64,000 bases of DNA from Opitutaceae bacterium. GTDB taxonomy: Bacteria > Verrucomicrobiota > Verrucomicrobiia > Opitutales > Opitutaceae. The notes under the pieces were generated by a model. That model saw nothing but the letters and a program-made list of their open reading frames with translations. It searched no databases and was not told the DNA's origin. Positions 27,543 to 34,479 of the stretch are shown here, one piece after another (position 1 is the first letter of the stretch; each line of letters opens with the position of its first letter). The stretch is taken from positions 38,860-102,859 of the forward strand of contig DATGXO010000107.1 of assembly GCA_035298965.1 (NCBI GenBank), read 5' to 3'. A program made the position numbers and the translations under genes.

Positions 27543-27572
27543 GGCGAGAGGCTAGAGGCGAGAGGTGAGAGG
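27543..27572. repeat. Purine-rich leader motif: exact GGCGAGAGGCTAGAGG at 27543-27558 plus CGAGAGGTGAGAGG
   Basis: Read directly in the 44-nt spacer between the wzc-like stop and the exosortase start. Confidence 0.85.
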
Positions 27573-27582
27573 ACTGAGAGCG

Positions 27583-29790
27583 TCAGGCCTTCGTGGACTC
27601 CTTCTCGCCGTAGGCTTGGTAGTAGTCCTTCCCGTAGGCGCCGTAGCCATCGTAGTCGTAGCTGAGCACGCGCGAGCGGGGGAGTTGGTTGAGGACGACG
27701 CCGAGCACGTACGCGCCGGTCTCGTCGAATTTCGCGAGGGTTTTCTTCACGATGGCCCGGCGGACGGTCTTGAACTTGGTGACGTAGATGACCTCGGCGG
27801 CGTGGCGGGCGAGCAGCAGCGCATCGGGGAAGACGGCGGAGGGCGGCGTGTCGAGGATGACGATGTCGAACGAGCGCTTGAGGCGATCGAAGAGCGGGGA
27901 GACGGCGAGGCGCTCGATGATCTCGGTGGGTTTCTTCACGGCGCCGCCGGCGCTGAGGAGGTGGAGGTTGGGCGAGAGCAGGCGGATGCCGAGATCCTCC
28001 TCCTCGGCGGTGGCGAGATCGGGGAGGCGGTGGTCCTGCGCCCAGCGGAGGACGCCGCGGTCGTTGGGCACGCCGAAGAGGCGGTGCTGCGAGGGGCGGC
28101 GGAAATCGCAGTCGACGATGAGGGTGCGGCGGCCGTGGGCGGCGAAGACGGCGGCGAGGTTGGCGGAGGTCACGCTCTTGCCTTCGCCGGGGACGGAGCT
28201 GGCGACGAGGAGGACCTTCGGGGTGGGGATGTCGCTGCGGAGCTCGATCTCGCTGTAGAGGCCGCGGTAGCACTCGACGAGGGCTTCATCGGTGCCGTCG
28301 CGGAAGACGGTGGCGTGCTGCTGGGTGGGGATGTTCTTGAAGAGGCGCACGCCGGCGAGCAGGTGGGTCTGGAGTTTGTCCTCGATGTCGGAGGCGGACT
28401 TAATGCGCGTATCGAGGAAGCCGAGGCCGAGGGGGAGGCTGAAGAGGAGGAGCACGCCGAGGGCGCCGGCCTTGGCGGCGATCTGGCCCTTGCCGCGGTT
28501 GATGGGGGAGCTGGGGATGTAGGCGCGGTCGAAAACCTTGATGTTGGTGTTCTCCATCTGCGCGGAGATGTTGGCGTCGTTGAGCCGGTTCATGATCGCG
28601 CGGTAGGTGTCCTGCTTGGTGCGCGCGAACTGCTCGAGGAATTTGTAGTCGACGGAGATCTTATCGAGGGCCCGGGCGTCGTTCTCGGCGGAGACGAGCT
28701 CGGTCTTGAGCTTGGAGACGTAGGAGGCGGCGAAGGCGGTGCGGGTGCGGAGGTCGGCGATGGCGAGGTCGATGTCGGCGGCGAGGTGCTTGCGGGCGTT
28801 GTCGAGAGCGAGGGCGTTGTCCTTCATCTTCGGGTGCTCCTCGAGGTAGCGTTCCTCGAGGTGGCGGCGGGCGGCGAGCAGGCCGTCGATCTGGCCGCGG
28901 GTGGAGGCGATGCCGCCGAAGCCGTTGATGTAGGAGATCTCCTGGAGGTCGCGTTTCTCGCGGAGGTAGGTCTCCACCTTGTCGAGCTGCTCCTGGAGGC
29001 TGACGAGGTTGAGCTGGGCGCCGACGAGGGATTCGCCGAGGGAGGCGACCTTCTTGAGGACGACGTTCTGGTTCTCGCCGAGGGCGGCCATGTTGTACTT
29101 CGCGCGGTACTGCTGGAGATTGCGCTCGGCCTCCTCGACCTCCTTGCGCGTGTCCTCGGCCTGGTTACGGAGGAAGACGATGGCGGAGTTGGTGCCGGTC
29201 ATCGCGAGGTCGATGTTGAAATCGATGTACTTGCGGGCGTAGCGGTTGGCGATGAGGGCGGCGGCCTCGGGATCGCGGTGGAAGACGGAGATGCCGAGGA
29301 TGGTGGTGCCTTTGCGGGCGTAGACCTTCACGCGCGGGCCGAGGATCGCGGCGAGCGAGGGCGGGGGCGCATCGGGGCGCTCGGGGTCGCGATAGGGACG
29401 CTGGATCTTCTCGATTTCCTCGGCGGTGAAGGAGGCTTGGAGGGCTTCGAAGAACGTCTGGCTGCGGATCTGCTCGAGATGGACGTTGAGCTCGGCGTCG
29501 CGGGTGATGGTGGTGTCGACGACGGCCTGGACCGGGAGCACGCGGTTGGCGCGGGTCTCGAAGAGGAGGGAGGCCTCGGTCTGGTAGACGATCTCGGGCT
29601 TGGGCTGGAGGACGATGAACGCGACCACGGCGGGCACGGCGACGAGGGCGCCGATCCACCAGCGTTCGAGGAACATCCGCCAGAGGTCGCGCGGGTGGAC
29701 CGAGAAACCGGCCGGGGCGGCGGCGGCCTTCGTGGCGGCGCCGGAGCGTTTGGGTGTGGAGCGGGACGCTTGGTTAGGCGAGGTGGACAC
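27583..29790 (-). CDS. wzc: Polysaccharide co-polymerase / BY-kinase (Wzc/GumC-type PCP-2a)
   Basis: Two TM segments flank a long coiled-coil periplasmic region. Walker A SSVPGEGKS, A' LIVDCDFRRP, B IVILDTPP. Tyr-rich tail SYDYDGYGAYGKDYYQAYG. GTG start. Confidence 0.85.
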   Translation of the reverse strand: MSTSPNQASRSTPKRSGAATKAAAAPAGFSVHPRDLWRMFLERWWIGALVAVPAVVAFIVLQPKPEIVYQTEASLLFETRANRVLPVQAVVDTTITRDAELNVHLEQIRSQTFFEALQASFTAEEIEKIQRPYRDPERPDAPPPSLAAILGPRVKVYARKGTTILGISVFHRDPEAAALIANRYARKYIDFNIDLAMTGTNSAIVFLRNQAEDTRKEVEEAERNLQQYRAKYNMAALGENQNVVLKKVASLGESLVGAQLNLVSLQEQLDKVETYLREKRDLQEISYINGFGGIASTRGQIDGLLAARRHLEERYLEEHPKMKDNALALDNARKHLAADIDLAIADLRTRTAFAASYVSKLKTELVSAENDARALDKISVDYKFLEQFARTKQDTYRAIMNRLNDANISAQMENTNIKVFDRAYIPSSPINRGKGQIAAKAGALGVLLLFSLPLGLGFLDTRIKSASDIEDKLQTHLLAGVRLFKNIPTQQHATVFRDGTDEALVECYRGLYSEIELRSDIPTPKVLLVASSVPGEGKSVTSANLAAVFAAHGRRTLIVDCDFRRPSQHRLFGVPNDRGVLRWAQDHRLPDLATAEEEDLGIRLLSPNLHLLSAGGAVKKPTEIIERLAVSPLFDRLKRSFDIVILDTPPSAVFPDALLLARHAAEVIYVTKFKTVRRAIVKKTLAKFDETGAYVLGVVLNQLPRSRVLSYDYDGYGAYGKDYYQAYGEKESTKA

Positions 29791-29868
29791 GTTGCGAAAG
29801 GGCTCGAGGTTGCGTGGCAGGGCGCGGGCTCCCGGCGGCGGTGAGCGCGTCGGGAGCAGGGCGGTGGT

Positions 29869-30558
29869 TCAGAAGAGGCGTTCGGGGATCCAGATCCGGT
29901 CGCCGGGGATGATGGCGAACTCCTTGGGCGTGTCGGGGCCGGCGCCACGGCGGGTGAGCATGGCCTCCACGTTGATCTCGGTGGTCGTCTCGCGGCCGTC
30001 GGCGCCGAGGCGGGTGACGCGGACCGAATCGGAGCGGGCGGTGGGGAGGAAGCCGCCGGCGCGCGTGATGACATCGGTGATGTCGAGCGTGCTCTTCTCG
30101 GGCGGGAACGCCATCTTGCCCGGGCCGCGCACGGCGCCGAGGATCGAGATGTCGCGCACGGCGTACGCTTGAACCGAGATGTTCACCATCGGGCTCTTCA
30201 GGATGCGACGATCGACGTAGAGCTTCTCGATGAGTGTCTCGGATTCGCGTACGGAGCGGCCGGCGAGTTCGATGTCGCCGACGAGGGCGAGGCGGATGCG
30301 GCCGCGGGAGTCGATCTTCTGGGCGAGGGAGAGTTCGCCTTCGCCGTAGACGTTGATCGAAACGAGGTCGCCGTTGACGAATTTGTACGCGGGATCGGGC
30401 ACCTCGCCGACGGGGGCGACCGCGGCGGGCGCGGTGTTGGCTGGCGTGGTGGTGGCGGCGGGCGCCTGGGCGTGGGCCGCGAGGGCGGCGGAGCCGAGGA
30501 GGGCGGCGAGGAGCAGGAGGCGGAGCGCGCGGTGCATGGCGGAGAGGCCGGAGTTCAC
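29869..30558 (-). CDS. wza: Short outer-membrane polysaccharide export (OPX, Wza-like) protein
   Basis: Signal peptide, Poly_export-type segment YKFVNGDLVSINVYGEGELS, and one SLBB-like domain. At about 229 aa it lacks the C-terminal helix of group-1 Wza. The GTG 30558 overlaps the vapC stop; ATG 30537 is an alternative start. Confidence 0.75.
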   Translation of the reverse strand: MNSGLSAMHRALRLLLLAALLGSAALAAHAQAPAATTTPANTAPAAVAPVGEVPDPAYKFVNGDLVSINVYGEGELSLAQKIDSRGRIRLALVGDIELAGRSVRESETLIEKLYVDRRILKSPMVNISVQAYAVRDISILGAVRGPGKMAFPPEKSTLDITDVITRAGGFLPTARSDSVRVTRLGADGRETTTEINVEAMLTRRGAGPDTPKEFAIIPGDRIWIPERLF

Positions 30559-30968
30559 GTTTCGAGGGGCAGGGCGAATTGTTGGACGAGATCGCCCGGG
30601 ATGCGGGCGAGGGCGGGATCGCGATGGACGAGCACGGCGCCCTCATGGCGGGCGGTGGCGGCGACGAAGGCGGCGGAAACGGGGAGCTGGCCGCCGGCGC
30701 GTTCGAGGATGCGCTCGGCGTCGGCTACGACCTCGCGGGTGACGGGAAGGGCGGCGATGAGTTCCTCGGCGTAGAGGCGGTAGGCGCGGCGCGCTTCGGC
30801 GGGGTCGGGCACGGCGGAGGCGAGGCGCGACTTGAGATCGATGAGGGCGGTGGCGGGAAGGCCGATCTCGACGGAGTTGTCGGCGAGGAGGGCGTTCACC
30901 TGCTCGGCGCCGGGCTCCTGGAAGTAATGCGCCAAGATCGCGGAGGGATCGAAAACGTGGGTGATCAT
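30555..30968 (-). CDS. vapC: PIN-domain toxin (VapC)
   Basis: ATG 30968: MITHVFDPSAILAHYFQEPGAEQV... with acidic PIN residues. The late motif is AVLVHRDPALARI. ATGA overlap with vapB. Confidence 0.8.
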   Translation of the reverse strand: MITHVFDPSAILAHYFQEPGAEQVNALLADNSVEIGLPATALIDLKSRLASAVPDPAEARRAYRLYAEELIAALPVTREVVADAERILERAGGQLPVSAAFVAATARHEGAVLVHRDPALARIPGDLVQQFALPLET

Positions 30969-31186
30969 CGGGACGACTTGGACGCAGCGACGGCGCCGAG
31001 GTAGGCGCGGCCGGCACCGAGCAGGCCGTTGGCGATGGCCTTGCGATCGGGGAGGACGCGCACGCGGATGACCGCGGGCTGATTGGTGGGCTGCCATTCG
31101 AGGCGGCTGCCGGGCACGATACCCATCGCGGTGGCGAGCTTCGCGGGAATCGTGATCTGATGTTTGCCGGTGACCGTGGTGATCAT
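30965..31186 (-). CDS. vapB: AbrB/SpoVT-fold antitoxin (VapB)
   Basis: ATG 31186: MITTVTGKHQITIPAKLATAMGIVPGSRLEW, the looped-hinge-helix signature. 73 aa. Confidence 0.75.
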   Translation of the reverse strand: MITTVTGKHQITIPAKLATAMGIVPGSRLEWQPTNQPAVIRVRVLPDRKAIANGLLGAGRAYLGAVAASKSSR

Positions 31187-31236
31187 GTTGGAACGTGGGG
31201 GACGAGGCGGCGGGAAAAGTGTTGGGCGGATCAAGA

Positions 31237-31248
31237 CAAGCTACCGCC
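31237..31248 (-). promoter_or_regulatory. ops-like element GGCGGTAGCTTG (matches GGCGGTAGnnTG)
   Basis: The plus strand reads caagctaccgcc at 31237-31248. The site lies between the RfaH-like gene's stop and the vapB start, on the non-template strand of the operon. Confidence 0.5.
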
Positions 31249-31350
31249 CTTGGCGGAGGCCGTGGTGGACGGCTCAACCGCGAGCGAACCCCGTTGTGGC
31301 GAGGGGTGGCGGAACATGAGCGAGTGTCCGCGACTCGGCTCCCGCAGCGG

Positions 31351-31905
31351 TCAGCCGCAGGAAGCCAGGAGTTGCGGAGGAAAATCGAGCGAAGCCGGGC
31401 CCGTGCGACGGAGCGCGGCGGCGGGAAGGTCGATGCGCAGTTCCTGCCCGAGCAGTGCGAGCAGCACGCAGGCGCGGCTCCGGCCGGAATCGAAGGTGAC
31501 GATGCGCCCCTCGCTGCCCGCGAGGCACCCGGACAGCACCTGGATCCAATCGCCCGGAGCGAGCACGGGCGCGCAGGGTTGCACTCCGGAGGCGTGGGCG
31601 CGCAGCAACTCGATGAGCGAGCCGGGCACGGCCGGCGTGTGAGCGCCGAGCCGCACGAGGCCGGTCACATCGGGAGTGCTGGCGACGAAGCGGGAATCGG
31701 CTTCGAGGTCGAAACGCGCAAAAAGGTAACCCGGGAAAAGCGCCTCCGTGCGCACGGCGACGGCCCCGCCGCGCAGAGGCCGACGAACGGCCAACCGCGG
31801 CGCGAATGCCTCGATCCCGGTGCGGTCGGCCAGCTGCCGCGCGGCGAAGTGTTCACGCTTCGGGCAGGCGCGCAGGCAGTACCACTGGAGACGGGAGGTG
31901 TTCAT
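31351..31905 (-). CDS. RfaH-like NusG paralog (operon-specific transcription antiterminator)
   Basis: ATG 31905: MNTSRLQWYCLRACPKREH...EALFPGYLFARFD...GLVRLGAHTPAVPGSLIELL...PGDWIQVLSGCLAGSEGRIVTFD...ACVLLALLG. It is colinear with the E. coli RfaH NGN and KOW domains. The track ORF adds 59 implausible N-terminal residues. Confidence 0.75.
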   Translation of the reverse strand: MNTSRLQWYCLRACPKREHFAARQLADRTGIEAFAPRLAVRRPLRGGAVAVRTEALFPGYLFARFDLEADSRFVASTPDVTGLVRLGAHTPAVPGSLIELLRAHASGVQPCAPVLAPGDWIQVLSGCLAGSEGRIVTFDSGRSRACVLLALLGQELRIDLPAAALRRTGPASLDFPPQLLASCG

Positions 31906-32840
31906 GAGCGACGGGCAGGAAAGGCCGCGGGCGAACCGAATCCGGCAACTCCGGACACCGCCGTGGAACTTGGGCGGTGCAGGCGGGCTGGGCGGCTGGA
32001 TCGGCGGTGCGTCATGGAAAAACTCAAAATCAAGGAATTCGCGGCTGGAGCTGTGCAAAACGCCACCCCTCGATCGGGGCAAACGGCGAAGCGGGCTTTC
32101 CGTCGTGCTTGACGTTTTTTTTACGACCTGATGCCCGAAAACCCGATCATGGAAATGGGGGAAACTCTTAGGCTTCGTCGGGGTTGCTGGTAGCCGCGCG
32201 AGTATGCCGCGGATTCATGGAGGAGGGCGGTTTCGGGGAATACCCGATGGCGCGGCCTGCTCACCGGTTCGCTGCGCCCCAAAAGCAGGCCGCCTCCGCA
32301 GCGGTGCACTGTTGCGTGCCCGGTTCAGCCAGGTCGCAGAGACGGAATGCGAACCCAGGAAGATTCCCGGGGGAGCGAGGGCGTGGTGCAGGCGCTCACC
32401 CAGATGACGTGCGGGTTCTCCGATGTTCTTCGGTCCGAAGGCGCCGCAGGTTCTTCCACGTGGCAGAATGCTCTCTTGCCGTATCTCCGTGTCCCCCGGG
32501 GCCGACTGCTTCGTTTGGGGTGGGTGAAGCCGGTGTGAGCTGCAGGTACCTCTGCGGCGGACAGTGGAGGAGAACTCCCACGCGAGCTCCGCCTCGGCAG
32601 CAGCGACGAGTCGGGTGTGCGAATTACGTGCGGGGCGAGCTGCCGACCGGATCGATGCGTGGGCACTGGAGCGAGACGGATTCGGTCGACGCAACGCCGG
32701 CGTGGAGCGCTGCGGCTGTCAGCCGACCCCGAGGCCGTTGTGGCTCTGGTTGGCGGGGTACGTTGTACCGCTGCGGCGGTATGAGGTCGGCGGTGGTGCC
32801 GGCGAGTGGACGGCGCGAAGCGAGGTGACGCTCGGCCGCC

Positions 32841-33713
32841 TCAGCTTTGCGCGAGGCGCCACGCTTTGAGCGTGTTCTTCATGAGCATCGCGACGGTCAT
32901 CGGGCCGACACCGCCGGGCACGGGCGTGATCTTCGAGCAGAGCGGCGAAACGGTCGGGAAGTGCACGTCTCCCGTGAGCCGGTAACCGGTTTTCTTGGTC
33001 GAATCGGGCACGCGGTTGATGCCGACATCGATCACGACGGCGCCGGGTTTGACCATCTCGGTCGTGACGAACTCCGGTTTGCCGATCGCGGCGATGAGCA
33101 CATCGGCTTGGCGGGTGATCGAGGGAAGGTCGGCGGTCTGCGAGTGGCAGACGGTGACGGTGGCGTTGGCGAAGGGTTTGCGCTGCATCGCGAGGAGCGC
33201 GATGGGCTTGCCGACGATGAGGCTGCGGCCGAGCACGACGACGTGTTTGCCGGAGAGTTTCACGCCGGAGCGCACGATGAGCTCCATGATGCCGGCGGGG
33301 GTGCAGGCGACGAAGCCGGTATCGTCCTCCTGGGCGACTTTGCCGAGATTGAGGGTGTGGAAGCCATCGACGTCCTTCCGGGGCGAGACGCGGCGGAAGA
33401 CGGTGAGTTCGTCGATATGTTTGGGCAGCGGCGACTGGACGAGGATGCCATCGACGGAGAGATCGGCGTTGAGCTGGTCGATGAGGGCGAGGAGCTCGGC
33501 CTGGGTGGTCGTGATGGGCGGCAACACGACGCGGCTGGTGATCCCGATCTCGGCGGCGGTCTGGTCCTTTTTCTTCACGTAGGACACGGAGGCCGGGTCG
33601 TCGCCCACGCGCACGAGCGCGAGACAGGGTTTGCGACCGGGAATGGTCGCGACCTCGGCTTTGAGTTCGGCGACGATCTGGGCCGCGATTTTGTTGCCGT
33701 CGATGAGTTCCAT
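32841..33713 (-). CDS. folD: Bifunctional 5,10-methylene-THF dehydrogenase/cyclohydrolase
   Basis: ATG 33713: [13 protein letters not shown]...[14 protein letters not shown]...[11 protein letters not shown]...DVDGFH...[12 protein letters not shown]...[12 protein letters not shown]. Confidence 0.9.
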   Translation of the reverse strand: MELIDGNKIAAQIVAELKAEVATIPGRKPCLALVRVGDDPASVSYVKKKDQTAAEIGITSRVVLPPITTTQAELLALIDQLNADLSVDGILVQSPLPKHIDELTVFRRVSPRKDVDGFHTLNLGKVAQEDDTGFVACTPAGIMELIVRSGVKLSGKHVVVLGRSLIVGKPIALLAMQRKPFANATVTVCHSQTADLPSITRQADVLIAAIGKPEFVTTEMVKPGAVVIDVGINRVPDSTKKTGYRLTGDVHFPTVSPLCSKITPVPGGVGPMTVAMLMKNTLKAWRLAQS

Positions 33714-34479
33714 GGGTTCGGCGATGAGAAGACGGCCGGGCGCGCCAGCGCAAGGCGGATGGCGTGATGGGCGCGCCGGAAGCGGGGGCGCAGGGTTTTT
33801 GCCGGAGCCCAAGTCGTAGGGGCCGGGCGGCGAAACGTGGGTGGTTCACCCCGGGACGGCCGCAAGCAAACGTCAAAAAGGCCGCGGACGGGAAATCCTG
33901 CTTCAACTGTGGGATGTTGGCGCCGAGAAGAGGCCAGTTATCCCCCCGCATGTTGCACGCACGGCACACCAACGCTTTTCACGCCGAGGCTTCGCGCTTC
34001 GCGTTGTGGGTGCATGTGGCCGGTGTGCTTGCAAGCATCCTCGCGATGCGGCTGGCGCGGGTTTGCCGCCGCGGTTGAGGTCCGCCGGCGGCTACGGCGT
34101 CGCGGGCGGCCGCGGAGGGCCCAATCATGGAAACGCCTCAACTTGCTGTGCCTTTCGGGAGAGGCGACGGTGCGCCGTGGTCTAGGGAGAACTCCCGGGG
34201 TGGCGACGTTAAAGAACCCCGGCGGCGAGCCGAGGTTGTGTTAGTCTCACACGCTTGTGAACCTCACCGCATGAGAACTGCTCCCCATCCCTTCGTGGCA
34301 CGTGAACTCAGGAAGCCGGCTGTCGCCCGGCGATGCCTGACGATATCCGTCCCTGTGCAGCGCGGATAGGGTCACGATTGCGGGAGTCCGCGGCCGAGCG
34401 GCCGCCGGTTCCGGTCCCGACTTCACGTCGAGGCGGAGCCGATCGGAGCTCCGCGCGACGCCCCCAGCTTTTCCCAACG

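Noticed and set aside
29791-29868. The 78-nt spacer between the wzc-like and wza-like genes, and the 44-nt spacer at 24616-24659, as further carriers of the purine-rich leader motif.
   Set aside because: Read through, neither contains GGCGAGAGGCTAGAGG or a near copy, so the motif is not universal to all spacers.
31906-32082. 59-codon N-terminal extension of the RfaH-like ORF (track start 32082).
   Set aside because: The extension (MPRSRGGVLHSSSREFLDFEFF...) has no NusG/RfaH counterpart. The NGN domain begins right after the internal ATG at 31905.
32101-32122. Small hairpin CGTC-gtgctt-GACG followed by T8, resembling an intrinsic terminator on the plus strand. The same sequence contains a TTGACG -35-like hexamer.
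   Set aside because: The stem is only 4 bp and no plus-strand gene ends here. No acceptable -10 lies at the right spacing, so neither call can be supported.
32571-32579. The 9-mer AGAACTCCC is shared by three non-coding regions (32571-32579 and 34188-34196 on plus; 47820-47828 as its reverse complement), considered as a possible ECF-type -35 element.
   Set aside because: Shared 9-mers between spacers of about 1 kb are expected by chance at roughly this frequency. The downstream spacing and putative -10 parts do not agree among the three, and one copy points away from any gene.
32184-32828. 214-aa plus-strand ORF and a 159-aa minus-strand ORF inside the 0.93-kb gap, as possible missed genes.
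   Set aside because: Their composition (Arg/Gly/Pro/Cys-rich, no hydrophobic core periodicity) and lack of any motif make them look non-coding. They are kept only as part of the unexplained-gap finding.
33813-33863. ZTP (pfl) riboswitch call upstream of folD.
   Set aside because: The resemblance is on the strand opposite to folD. It lacks the conserved CUGGCG and the CCGCCUGGGC 3' subdomain. It is kept only as a low-interest item to test with a covariance model.
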